64,000 nucleotides of DNA. It comes from an uncultured Alphaproteobacteria bacterium (GTDB lineage: Bacteria > Pseudomonadota > Alphaproteobacteria > RF32 > CAG-239). The stretch is taken from positions 123,136 to 187,135 of the forward strand of contig CAJTMA010000002.1 in assembly GCA_910577205.1 (NCBI GenBank), written 5' to 3'. Position numbers and translations under genes: made by a program. Positions within the stretch are counted from its first letter, which is position 1. Every line of letters starts with the position of its first letter. The notes under the pieces were generated by a model that made no database searches, was not told the DNA's origin, and worked only from the letters and a program-made list of their open reading frames with translations. Of this stretch, positions 8,962 through 20,400 are shown piece by piece.

Positions 8962-10038
8962 TCAATAGCGGATAATTTGATTCAATATCGTATCTTTATC
9001 TATTATTTGCAAAGCCCGGGCAAAACTATCCGGTTCGCTTAAGACGGTATAGTAATTAGCCTTGATTGTCGGCGCCATTTGCAAGGCTTTGATAAAGTCA
9101 TCTTTGCTCAACGGGTCTTGTTTAATATAATTGAAAAATCCGGTAACAGATAAAATATCGCGCACATACGAAGTGCTCGGATTATTTTGCAGCAGCGCGC
9201 AGAGGTAAGTTGCTACGCCGACTTGCAGTCCATGCATACGCGGGCGGCGAGATACCGCATCCAAACCATGGGAAATCAAATGTTCCGAACCGCTGGCCGG
9301 ACGTGAACTTCCGGCAATTTCCATGGCGATACCGCTGGTCAGCAGCGAATTGACCAAGCTGCGCTGAAATGATGTTTCGTTGATATTAGTACTATGCTTA
9401 TTGAAAAGTAAGGTCAGCGAATTGTAAGACATCAGTGAAGCGAAGTCATTATAGCGGTCAAGACCGCGCTCTGCCGCCTGTTTCCAATCATAAAGGGCGG
9501 TAATTTTAGAAACCATGTCCCCCACGCCGGAGTACAGGCAAATCTGCGGGGATTCCTTGATAACATCCAAGTCTGCAACTACACCAAAAGGTATGCTGGC
9601 TTTGACGGTTTTGCGCTTGCCATCGACTATCAGCGATGAATTGGGACTGCAAAATCCGTCATTGGACGTAGACGTCGGCACAGAAATAAAAGGCAGCCGG
9701 AGCAAGTGAGCACAAAACTTAGCAAAATCCAAAGCTTTTCCGCCGCCGATACCGATAATAACATCGGTTGTTTTGGGCAGGTTAAAGGTGATTTTGGTGA
9801 TTTCTTCAATGTTAATAAAGCGGACATCCTGTTCATAAACAATTTTGACCTTGTTTTCTTCCATACCGGGATAGAACCGCTCCGACAAAAGGTGTTGAAT
9901 ACCTTCGCTCCAGAAAACCGCAGCATTAAAAAGATTTTTATCGGCCAAATATTTGCCGATTTTTTTGACTTTGCCGCTGCCGATTTTTAACAGGTAGGGA
10001 ATATTAATTTGTTTGTTGGGATAAGGCGCGTAAAACAT
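8962..10038 (-). CDS. Dehydroquinate-synthase-like / iron-containing alcohol dehydrogenase superfamily enzyme, possibly glycerol-1-phosphate dehydrogenase (AraM/EgsA-like)
   Basis: GIGGGKALDFAKF nucleotide-binding motif and PTSTSNDGF. Strong AGGAGA RBS. Confidence 0.6.
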   Translation of the reverse strand: MFYAPYPNKQINIPYLLKIGSGKVKKIGKYLADKNLFNAAVFWSEGIQHLLSERFYPGMEENKVKIVYEQDVRFINIEEITKITFNLPKTTDVIIGIGGGKALDFAKFCAHLLRLPFISVPTSTSNDGFCSPNSSLIVDGKRKTVKASIPFGVVADLDVIKESPQICLYSGVGDMVSKITALYDWKQAAERGLDRYNDFASLMSYNSLTLLFNKHSTNINETSFQRSLVNSLLTSGIAMEIAGSSRPASGSEHLISHGLDAVSRRPRMHGLQVGVATYLCALLQNNPSTSYVRDILSVTGFFNYIKQDPLSKDDFIKALQMAPTIKANYYTVLSEPDSFARALQIIDKDTILNQIIRY

Positions 10039-10039
10039 C

Positions 10040-10690
10040 TTAATTCTCCTTCAAATAGCGGTAAATATCAGCAAACGAAGCAAAGTTTTCAGTCGGGATG
10101 TCTTCCTGACGGCAGAGCTCCAACAGTTTTTTCTTCGCAAAGACAACATCAGCCTCCCGCGCCGGCAGAATATCAGGCTTGCCATCTCCGGCAAAAACAA
10201 CGCGAAAGCCCTGCTCTTTCAGCTGCCGAACCACGCCAGCTTTGGATATGCCGATTTCATCGTCATAACAAGGGTGGTTTTGCGGCAGACGAGCCATCAC
10301 CAGCCCGGTTTTGGGGCTGTAGTCACAATGATTGGTAACCAAGCAAATATGATTTTCGCGGATAATGGAGCCGATAAGCAAATTAATATACCAATCACAG
10401 CCTGCGGAACAGATATATAACGGAATACGTTTGCGGCGGCAGAGTTCGGCTGTTTCGGGAAAACAGTTGTCGATGGCGATACTTTTGGTAAAACTTTCCA
10501 AATCAGGCAAGTTCTTCAATTGCTGAAACATCTCGTTCAAGGCATCAAAGTGTTTTTTCTCTCCGGCCTGATAAGCCCGCCAAGGCGCAAGCATTGCGTC
10601 ATCAAAATAGCGCGCCGCAGCCAAAGTAAAGAAATCATCGGCTGTGATTGTTCCGTCAAAGTCTGATACGAAGGCTAATGGTCGGGACAT
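10040..10690 (-). CDS. HAD-superfamily subfamily IB phosphatase (MtnX/PSP-like)
   Basis: Motif I FVSDFDGTIT and motif IV FAGDGKPD. 2-nt gap to the downstream DHQS-like gene. Confidence 0.7.
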   Translation of the reverse strand: MSRPLAFVSDFDGTITADDFFTLAAARYFDDAMLAPWRAYQAGEKKHFDALNEMFQQLKNLPDLESFTKSIAIDNCFPETAELCRRKRIPLYICSAGCDWYINLLIGSIIRENHICLVTNHCDYSPKTGLVMARLPQNHPCYDDEIGISKAGVVRQLKEQGFRVVFAGDGKPDILPAREADVVFAKKKLLELCRQEDIPTENFASFADIYRYLKEN

Positions 10691-10865
10691 GGCTGTTTCC
10701 TTTTGTTATGTTATAACATTATATCTTCTGCCCCGCTTTTTCAAGTTCTTATTATCCGCAGCGGGAGGATTTAAATTTCTCTGCCTGCGATTATATTAAG
10801 GCCAGCACATAAAAGAGAGAGTTATGCGCGATATGTTCCCGACATAGAAAAATCTTTGCCGAGAT

Positions 10866-10897
10866 ACAAAAAAGCCTGACAGATAAAACTGTCAGGC
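10866..10897 (-). terminator. Rho-independent terminator for CDS 10915..12624
   Basis: gcctgacag-ataaaa-ctgtcaggc hairpin flanked by A/T runs. Confidence 0.6.
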
Positions 10898-10914
10898 TTT
10901 TTCTTATGAGTAAC

Positions 10915-12624
10915 CTAGATTTCAAAATCAAGATTATCAAATGAATCCAGCGGGATAACTTTGTCCTCACCTTTTCCATAAGATATTTCTGCTTGGTCAC
11001 CGGGTTTGGTCCATTTAAGTTCCGGATAGAACTCCGTGCTGCCGGTAAACTCAACACCCTTCACCTCGTTAAAGAGAATGTAATATACATTGTTCTCTTG
11101 CACGATAGCGCGAACGGTCAACTTTTGAGTTTCCTTAACCACATCGCCGTCTTTTATTTTATCCTGAGATGTCTTTTTCAACATCCGCAGATAAGCGGCC
11201 TCAGCGTCTTGTTTAGCAGCACCGCAGCCAACAGCCTGACGGTTGTTAACAGCCAAGAAACAATAGCCAACCACATTGCCCGAACTGCCCTTCATGGTCA
11301 TGAAGTATGTCGGAATGCCGCGCACATTGTACAAAACCGGGAAATTGGCTTCATACCTCGCTGCTTTGGCAAACGGCTGGTCATTAGCTATACGCATAGC
11401 CTCTGTTTCATTGATACCAACCACACGGTAGAACTTAGCGGCCTTTGTTCTGGTATCAATCAGCATAAAACCGTTCGTTCCGTTGTCTGCTCCGGCTGAA
11501 CGGATACCTGTATACCAGAAGCTGCGCCCTTGGGAATAAACCAAAGTTGTTCCCGGGGTCGGTTCCTGTACGCCAATCTGTGCCCAGAAAGAATTCCACC
11601 ATCCGTCTTTATATTCGCCCCAGCAGCGTATCTGGTCTTCAATAAAGTCCTGCGGCTGGATGCGGTCAATCCAAGCGGGGGCGTCTTCAATGCTGTAAGC
11701 TTTGAGTTCGCCGGTTTGGGCATCAACGGTTATCGGACCTTCAGACTCTTCTCCGCAGAAACCGATTTTCTGATCATAGGAAGAAAGAACCCAATAAGGC
11801 GTGCCATTGCCGTCAATCTCAAAACAGTGGTCGTTTAAGCCCTTGGAGGCATAACCATGTTCTTTGATGTGGCGTTCAATGTCATCTCCGAAGCAACCGC
11901 TTTCAAGATACTTGATACGCAGAGGCTGTCCGTTAACTTCCGTTACCAGCCAACGCTTGGTGGCATCGGTTGCGTCAACAATGATGTAACCCGGGGTATA
12001 ACCGTTGCGCATCCACTTCCAGAAAGAGCGGTGTTCCAACGGGGCTACCCAAATCAAATCATCGTTAAACACCAGCTTTTTGCCATTGTTAATGGTAAAT
12101 TCGCCGGTGATGTTTTGGATGGTCATGTTACCAACCTCAACACGCGACCCAAGACCTAAGTCTTCACCCAGTTTGTCTTCAGCAACTTTGCGGGCCAATT
12201 TTCCGTCAACCGAAATCATTTTAGAAACCGGTATCGGGTGAACATCGGCATTGAAGACGCTGTCAGTGACAGTTTCCACTTTCAGACGATTGTAATACTC
12301 ATCAGCGTGGAACATCTCCCAGCTCTGAAACGCAGCAACAACCGCGGCCAAAAGCGTGATGCCTGTCGGAATGAAACGCACGAAGCTGCTTTTTTCCGTG
12401 CAGAAGCAATAGAAAGCGACTCCCAAAAGGGAAACGCAAAACGCCTCAATCCAAACGCCCTCAAATCCCCACCATTGGAGAACGGGCAAGTTGTTGTAGT
12501 TTATCAAACCGAAGAAAACGAAAACCAGCGTGCAAACAACAGCCCAAGCTGTTTTGTTCTCTTTGTGAAAACTCAGGACTGCAAACAAGGCAGTCATACC
12601 CAGTGTCAGCAAAAAATAGCTCAT
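10915..12624 (-). CDS. Membrane-anchored protein with large extracytoplasmic domain (hypothetical)
   Basis: Four N-terminal TM helices, then about 430 aa with no recognised motif. Confidence 0.55.
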   Translation of the reverse strand: MSYFLLTLGMTALFAVLSFHKENKTAWAVVCTLVFVFFGLINYNNLPVLQWWGFEGVWIEAFCVSLLGVAFYCFCTEKSSFVRFIPTGITLLAAVVAAFQSWEMFHADEYYNRLKVETVTDSVFNADVHPIPVSKMISVDGKLARKVAEDKLGEDLGLGSRVEVGNMTIQNITGEFTINNGKKLVFNDDLIWVAPLEHRSFWKWMRNGYTPGYIIVDATDATKRWLVTEVNGQPLRIKYLESGCFGDDIERHIKEHGYASKGLNDHCFEIDGNGTPYWVLSSYDQKIGFCGEESEGPITVDAQTGELKAYSIEDAPAWIDRIQPQDFIEDQIRCWGEYKDGWWNSFWAQIGVQEPTPGTTLVYSQGRSFWYTGIRSAGADNGTNGFMLIDTRTKAAKFYRVVGINETEAMRIANDQPFAKAARYEANFPVLYNVRGIPTYFMTMKGSSGNVVGYCFLAVNNRQAVGCGAAKQDAEAAYLRMLKKTSQDKIKDGDVVKETQKLTVRAIVQENNVYYILFNEVKGVEFTGSTEFYPELKWTKPGDQAEISYGKGEDKVIPLDSFDNLDFEI

Positions 12625-12649
12625 AATTTTATTTTTTATTTGGTTAATA

Positions 12650-12682
12650 ATTAGAATTCATAATTTGTTTTAGAATTCTAAT
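12650..12682. promoter_or_regulatory. Perfect 10-bp inverted repeat ATTAGAATTC-N13-GAATTCTAAT in the 5-prime region of CDS 10915..12624
   Basis: Palindromic arms lie 26-58 bp upstream of the start codon, a candidate operator for a dimeric regulator. Confidence 0.35.
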
Positions 12683-12733
12683 ATACCATATTTATGAGCT
12701 ACCGGCAATTATTTTTGTCAAAAAAAGAAGCGG

Positions 12734-13153
12734 CTATTCTTCAGATGTTTTTTGCTGACGATACCAGTCCGACCATAATTGTTTTTCAATAAACAATTCA
12801 CGGATAAGCGGTTTATTGTCCCAAAGGGCAAATTCCAACTGCATTAACGGGCGTTTTTTGAAAATCAGGCGCTCCATTTCTGCGGCATCGCTTTCTGGAA
12901 GATAAAAGCGGTAAATCTTTTCAAAAAGCTCTTTGGGGCAATCGTCCCGCGGAAATTGACGGCAATCGGTATCTTCCCAATTAACACGCAGCTGCAAATA
13001 GTGCCCTGAAATCAAACTGCGGGGATCATAGCCTTCAACGGTTACCATAACCCGGTTGGCAGCATTGCTGCGATATTCTAACCCCAGTATCCAAACAGCC
13101 AGAATAACAATCGGAAAAGCCAAGGCTATACGGACAAGATTGTTTCTAAACAT
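12734..13153 (-). CDS. GDYXXLXY-domain-like membrane-anchored protein
   Basis: N-terminal TM, then an SGHYLQLRV segment resembling the GDYxxLxY motif. Overlaps the upstream polytopic membrane protein by 8 nt. Confidence 0.5.
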   Translation of the reverse strand: MFRNNLVRIALAFPIVILAVWILGLEYRSNAANRVMVTVEGYDPRSLISGHYLQLRVNWEDTDCRQFPRDDCPKELFEKIYRFYLPESDAAEMERLIFKKRPLMQLEFALWDNKPLIRELFIEKQLWSDWYRQQKTSEE

Positions 13154-14273
13154 TGCTTTTCTCCCTTATTTTCGGAAACAAACGATTGCGTAACTTTTGC
13201 CAGAGTCCGGCTAATCCCAGAAAGACCAGTCCGGAAACAATAAGCCCTGCCCCTGTCGATAACAGTGAGCCAAAGACCTCAAGATATATACCAAACAGAC
13301 GTAGCGCAATCAGCACCGTAGCGACATTAAACAAGCGGGTTTGATGCGTGCAATATGCATAACTGCTGACAATTGCCAGCAAAGCAATAATCATTGCGGC
13401 TGATGCCATACCTTCCGCCGCGGGAAAAGCTTTTCCCAACACAGAATATCCCCAAATGACAGCCAATGCATAAGTTGCCGGCCAATAAGTTTTTTTGCGG
13501 TCAGAAAACCATAATGCGGCCAGCAGCAACAAAGCTGCGCCCCAATACGGCCAACCGACACTGTGACTGATTGACAACGTATTGACATTAAACATATCAA
13601 AAAAGACAGTCGCACAGACAAAAGCGGTGACCGTCCACCAACGCCAAGCCTGTTGCCATGCAGGCCGGGGCAGCTGTTTGATTAAACGGTAAAAGGCACT
13701 CAGCAGCCACAGAGAAAGCCATATCGCGAAATGATAATTTCTTGAAAACAGTGCATCCATTATCCGCTCAAACCACGAATATTCATAAAGCTTGTCACTC
13801 AACGACCAAATAAAACCAGGCAGCCATACTCCCGGAAAAAATGGCTTTGTGCACAGGAGCAGCAGCGGGAAACTCAACACCGACCAGAATAACACTGCTG
13901 ACAAGCCATCCGCCGGCAGATGGTATACCTGCCCGGCCAAACCAATGGATGCCATAATCAACAAAGCATAGAGAATTATCAGGCCTTCCAATAACAACAC
14001 TTTGCCCTGCTCGCGCAAGGTCCAAATTCCCCAAGCAACCGAAATCAACAGGATAAAATCAGCACATAGCTTTACCGCGGCCGGTATCGTTTCCCAATTG
14101 GCGGCAATGACGGCAATAAAGCCTATCCCGATACAAAAAGCGCTTAAAAATAACAAAGAGTAGAAGAGGATTGGCCGTTTGACATTGTTTTCATAGTCTA
14201 ATATTTGTTGCTGCTGCTCGGCGGTTATCAGCTGATGTTTTTGCCAATCAGACAATTTTGAAGCCAGATTCAT
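13146..14273 (-). CDS. Polytopic membrane protein (DUF2157/DUF4401-like)
   Basis: About 10 predicted TM helices. Conserved pairing with the GDYXXLXY-like gene. Confidence 0.5.
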   Translation of the reverse strand: MNLASKLSDWQKHQLITAEQQQQILDYENNVKRPILFYSLLFLSAFCIGIGFIAVIAANWETIPAAVKLCADFILLISVAWGIWTLREQGKVLLLEGLIILYALLIMASIGLAGQVYHLPADGLSAVLFWSVLSFPLLLLCTKPFFPGVWLPGFIWSLSDKLYEYSWFERIMDALFSRNYHFAIWLSLWLLSAFYRLIKQLPRPAWQQAWRWWTVTAFVCATVFFDMFNVNTLSISHSVGWPYWGAALLLLAALWFSDRKKTYWPATYALAVIWGYSVLGKAFPAAEGMASAAMIIALLAIVSSYAYCTHQTRLFNVATVLIALRLFGIYLEVFGSLLSTGAGLIVSGLVFLGLAGLWQKLRNRLFPKIREKSNV

Positions 14274-14475
14274 ATTCCTGTCCCTTAATCGTTATGATGA
14301 TTAAAAAAGCTACTCAAATCTATTCATTTAAGCAACTGATTTTTACCGTTAAAAGCATAAATCTTAAAAAAACATTAAAAAACGTGGTATAACTTTGCTG
14401 GCTGATTGACGAGAAACGCTCCATTGGTTAACAATACCTTGTCGACATTTATTTTTTAACCATGGTAGCAGATTG

Positions 14476-17400
14476 ATGACTTTTAAAATTTTCAATTTCA
14501 GGAGCATTGTTACATATCTGACAATTGTATCTTTTTATATTGCCTCAACGGTTTCAGCCGTTGCTGCTCCTATGCCGCCTATCAGCCTGGCACAAATGTA
14601 CAGCTTAGCAGCGCAGGGCAATGTCCGCGCGCTGAGAGCCGCGGTTCAGCGCGGTTTGAACATTGACGCTACCGACCGCTATGGCAACACCGGCTTATGT
14701 CACTCAATCTACCAGCATAACTACACTGCTTATAACGCTTTTCACGCATCCGGCGCGAACACACGCCATCCCTGCATTCAGAATATTCCGACCGAGCAAT
14801 ATGATTATTTTATGAACTCAAGCAGGGTTCAACCTATTACGGCGACTCCGCGTGATGCTTATAAAGAATTTGCTGACGGCGAATTTATTTTCTCCACGAC
14901 CACTTGGGTTGTCGGCGGTCTGCTGCTTGCCGGCGGAATCACAGCTTTAGTTTTGAGCAGCGGCGGCAAAAAGAAAAAGAAAGCTTATTACTTTCCGCCA
15001 AACAATGATAATACATTTAAGCCAACAGATGACAGTTTAGCTGCTTTTGCCGGAACTTTGACACCCTCTGATCCGGTCAGCAATCCTTATGTTCCGGTCA
15101 AAATTACCAATGGCTTAAACACGACTGACTTTATTTTAAATAATGACTCCCAAATTACGCTGGATGACGGCAGCAAAAAAAGTTTGGTTGATACCATTAA
15201 CTTTAACGACTCAGTTTTGGAATACAGTAAATATCTGCAAGTGGGTATGAAAGCTATTGACGGCAATCAGGTGGTTAACGGGCAAATTCCGTTAACGGGA
15301 ACAGAAGTCGGCACCACGATTACGCTCCTGAATAATACTGTCGGTATGGCTGCTTTGCATAATGCCAATGCTATCAATAACAATACATTAAAAATCATTG
15401 CCCGCAACGGCACTCTGGGGATGGTCGGCAGTGACCGCTCTTTGATACGCAACAACGGCAATATTGATATTGCCTTTCAGGGAACGTCCCCAACGGATCA
15501 GGTTAACGGAATGTACGTGGACACGTCGTCAACGGCTATTAATGACGGCAAGATTACCGGAAATGTTGCCGTAGACAGCGCCACGGGTACTCTTATCGGA
15601 ATGCAGGGACGCTTGATTAATCAAGTGTCTAATCCGGCCGGTTCTATCCCTATTCAACTGACAAACAACGGAAAAATTGAATTAAGCGCCACAGCGGCCG
15701 CGGGGAAAACCATTTCCAACTCGCTTATCGGGATGGGCAGTTTTCTGGAAAAAGCTTTTCTGGAAGGTACTAAACTGCTGCGTCGCACAGGTTTTATCGA
15801 TATTGCAAACTACGGCGATATTGATTTGAACGTTAATCTGGGCGATACCGGGACTTATGACTCGACACAGAGCAACCTTTATGACGGTACGGGCGGCATT
15901 ATCGGTATTCGTGCCGATGCGCACACCACCGCTTCCAATAACGGTAATATTAATTTGACTATTGCTCCGGAAAGCGCCGCCGGAATCGAAAATTCTCATG
16001 CCGGTATGTTCTCTGTTCATGGCGGAACGATTTCCAATAACAAAAACATCACCATCAGCGGCGGCATTGGCGGCTATGGGATGCTCGGGGTACGCGGCGA
16101 AGGCACTAACTCTGAATTTAACACTTTAAACCCGACTATTGTCAATTCGGCTTCCGGGACAATTACCGTTAACAGTGTTGACGGTTTTGGTATGGCAACC
16201 AGACATGGCGGCACTGTCGTTAATAACGGCACGATTATTATGGGCGACAAAGGTACTGGCTTACAGATTAATGCCGGAAGCGGCTCTAATACCGGCACAA
16301 TTACGCTTAATAACGGCGGTATCGGTATGGCGATTAAGAAAAACACGACTTCCAGCGATGGAACTATTTATAATGCCAGCACGGCCAAGCTGCAAAATGA
16401 AAACATAATTACAATCAACAACGCGAACGGCTCAAGCGGTATGTATATTGAAGACGGCCTGGCTAATAACTTAGGCGGCGTGATTAATGTCAACGGCATT
16501 AACACCACAACGGAATCGTCTTATGGTATCCGGGCGCTTAACGGAAAAGTTTTAAACAGCGGCGAAATCAATATGAATGTTCTGTTGTCCGGCGATTTGG
16601 ATTCTTACGGCATTTACGGGGATAACGCAACGACTGTCAATAACAGCGGAACAATTACATCTGTCCGCAAAGGCACGGGTATTTATACTACAAGCGGTTC
16701 AAGCACCAACTCTGGCAAAATTACCATGAACGGCCGGGGCAGCACGGGCATGGCTTCAGAAAGCGGCGCAATTACCAATACGGATAAAGGCGAAATAACC
16801 GTTATCAGCGGCACTGGTATCAAATCAACATCCGGACAAGTGATAAATGAAGGTAAAGTGATTATCACCGATGGCTCGGCATCAACCGGTATCTCCAGCG
16901 GCAGCAGTGTTATTAACTCCGGTTCAATCTCAATTACCGGCGCGGATTCGACCGGTATTGCCGTTGAAGAAAACGGCACAGCCTCCAACAGCGGTATTAT
17001 TACCCTGACCAGTAACCGTAACAGCACAGAAAACTTCGGTATGGTTTCGGCCGGAGGTGATCGGGCTCAGATTGAAAACAGCGGTATTATTACCCTAAAC
17101 GGCTATAACTACGCCTCCAGCAAAGAAAAAGGCTACGGAATGTCTATCGGTGACGGCCAAGCTATTAACAACAATATGATTACCATTAATCAGATGTACG
17201 GTTACGGCATGGCTTCCACTACCGGTACTTTGACAAATAACGGTGACATTACGTTAACCAACGGCGGTTACGGCATTAAAGGCGAAAGCGGTGAATCCTT
17301 TAACTCGGAAGGCGGCACAATTATCATTACCGGCACGCCCGTTTTGGAAAGCTCTTACGGTATGGCTATGGAAGACGGGACTGCCAAAAACTTTGGTAAA

Positions 17401-20400
17401 ATTGATGTTACCGGCAGCACGACAAATGATGCGACATATGGTATTTATGTCAATGGCGGTAACGGCATTAACCATAATCAGATTGATATGCGGTCAGACA
17501 ATGCTTATGGTATTTTTGACGCGGCATCCGGCGATGGTGCAATTACTAACTTTGCCGGCGCAGTCATCAACTTACATGGCAACAACTCTACCGGTATGCA
17601 AAGTTCCGGCAACAAAGCTGAAAACTACGGAACGATTAATATCGGCGTTAATAACGGCGGAACAGTTACCGGCGGTGTTAACGGCATCGGCATGACCGCA
17701 AATGACGGGACTACGGCCCTTAATTCCGGCCAGATTAACATGAACGGCGCAAATGCCGTCGGTATGTTTGCTGACGGCGGTACGGTTATCAACTCAGCTG
17801 ACGGCGTTATTACCATGAACGGCAATGGCGGCACAATCTTTAAAACCAGCAATGACGGTACGGCAATTAACCTGGGCGACATTGTCATTAATGCCCAAGA
17901 TTATAATCTGTTTACCACAACAGATACCGATGAAGGCAACTTTGTCAATAACGGCAATGTTACGGTCGGCGCTTCTGGATCACAGGTTATCCGCGTCGGA
18001 GATAACTCCAGCGTTACCAATAACAAAAATATTGATTTAAATGGCAGCAATGGTTTCATAATCTACACCAGCGGCAGCGGCAATGCGACCAATAACGGCA
18101 CTTTAAATATTGGTGCGGGAAGTGATAACTCGCATGGTATTTACATGAGCGAAACAGCTAACGGAACAGTTATTAATTCTTCGACAGGCATTATCAATGT
18201 TAACGGAAGCAATTCTAACGGCATGACGCTGGCTTCCAATGATACCTCTGCCAGCATTACCAACAAAGGTAAAATTAATGTCAGCGGTAATGGCTCAAAG
18301 GCGATTGCGGCCAGCAACGGCGGCACCATCAATAATGAGGGGACTATTACCATGAACGGCGGCAGCGCAGCCATTGAAGCGACTGGAGCTGTTGTCAATA
18401 ATAAAGCCGGCGCTACAATTACAACTGCCGCAAACAGCGATGCAGACGGCATAAAGGTCATCATGGGAGCAACACCTGACGCAGAAGCGGCAACGGTTAC
18501 CAATGACGGCACAATCATTATCAACGGTAATGGCGATGCTATTAATGCCAAAGGTTCGTCAACAGCCGCCGGTATGATGCATTCTATTACCAATAACAGT
18601 GTTATTACCATTAACGGTTCAGGCAGCGGCATTTTTGCAGATGCGGCAAATATCAATAACACCTCTTCGGCACGCATTAACATTAGCGGCAGCGGTTACG
18701 GCATCCGCCAGACCAGTGGTACAATCGACAACAGCGGGACAATTACAGTTACCGGAAATAACGGCACAGGTATTTCCAGCGGCGGAACGGCAACAAATAA
18801 CGGAACGATTACTGCCGGTGGAACAAATGCCAAAGGAATGGAACTTACTACAGGCGGCACAGGAACTAACAATTCCACAATTATAGCCAGCGGAACGGAT
18901 GCGGTCGGTATTTATGTTAATGGCGGCACTGCCGAGAATACAGGTAATATTTCAGCGTCAGGAACGGGCGCAACCGGCGTGTATGCAACAGGCGGAACAG
19001 CTTATAACCAGACCTCTATAAGCGTTAATGGCGATAATGCAATCGGCATGGCAGCAGGAAACGGCACAGTCACTAACGGCAAAACGATTGTCACGATTGA
19101 AACGGATGAAAGAGGCGATCCGGTTCTGGATGCTGATGGTAATGTTGTCACCAATACAGAACACAAACCCGGGGTTATTGATGTTACCGGAAATAATGCA
19201 GCCGGTATGAAATTAACCGGAACTGGAAAAGTCCTCAATAATACCGGCGCACTTATTTCTGTCAGCGGTGATGGCGCAACAGGTATTTGGGCTGCAGGCT
19301 CAGGCGTTGCCGAAAATGAAGGGACAATTACCGTATCTAACGCGACTAACGGCAGTTCGGGGATGAAAGCCACCAGCGGCACAGCCACAAATAAAGGCAC
19401 AATATCTGTCAGCGCAGACGGCGCTTGGGGAATGGATGCGGCCGGAGGCACTGTCGTCAATGACACAACCGGCATCATTGACCTTACGACAGCAAACAGT
19501 GTGGGTATTTATGTTCACAGCGGCAACGGCGAAAACAGAGGCGTTATCAACTTTACCGGAGAAAATACTATCGGGCTGTTGGCTGCCGGCGGAACAGCCA
19601 CTAATGCGGCGGATATAACAATCAACGGCACAGGTGTTGTCGGTTTATATGCTCATGGCGGAACGGTTGTTAATGCCAGCGGAAAAACTATTACCTTTAG
19701 TAACGGCGAAGCCGCTATCAAGGTTGACAGCGGCAGCGGTCGCAATGCAGGTACGATTAATGTCGACGGCGGAAACTTAAACGCTATTCTGGTTAGCGGT
19801 GGCAATGCCTCTAATGACGGCACGATAGAACTCACCTCCTCTGCCAGCGGCAGTATCGGCATGAAAGCAACTGCCGGAACAGCAACCAACAACGGGACGA
19901 TTACTATCGCCAGCAATGCGGCAGGTATGGATGCTTCCGGTTCAGGACAAGTCGCCAACAACAAAACAATTACTGTTTCCGGAGCAAATGCGGTTGGCAT
20001 GAGCGCTTCCGGCGGCACGGCGACCAATAACAGCAACGGCACGATTACAGTCACCGGAGCTAATGCGAAAGGTATGGCTGCCAGCAGCGGAACTGTCTTA
20101 AACAATGGCACAATCAATGCAACCGCAGCCAATACGATTGCGATGTATGCCAACGGCGGCACGGCCACTAACGGCAGCAGCGGCAAAATCAACACCTCGG
20201 CTTCCTCGGCATATGTTATGCTGGCTGAGGGAACAGGTACAGTCAACAACCAAGGGACAATATCTTATTCCGGTTCTGGGGCGGCCTTACAAGCGAATGG
20301 GGCAACGGCCAATAACAGCGGTATCATTACAGCCACTAACGGTACGGGCATGGCCGCGTACGGGACAGCATCTTCAGGAGGCAAAGCTGTCAACAGCGGC

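Noticed and set aside
11460-12654. Several ORFs on both strands within 10915..12624
   Set aside because: They are contained in or antisense to the long membrane-protein gene and have no independent support.
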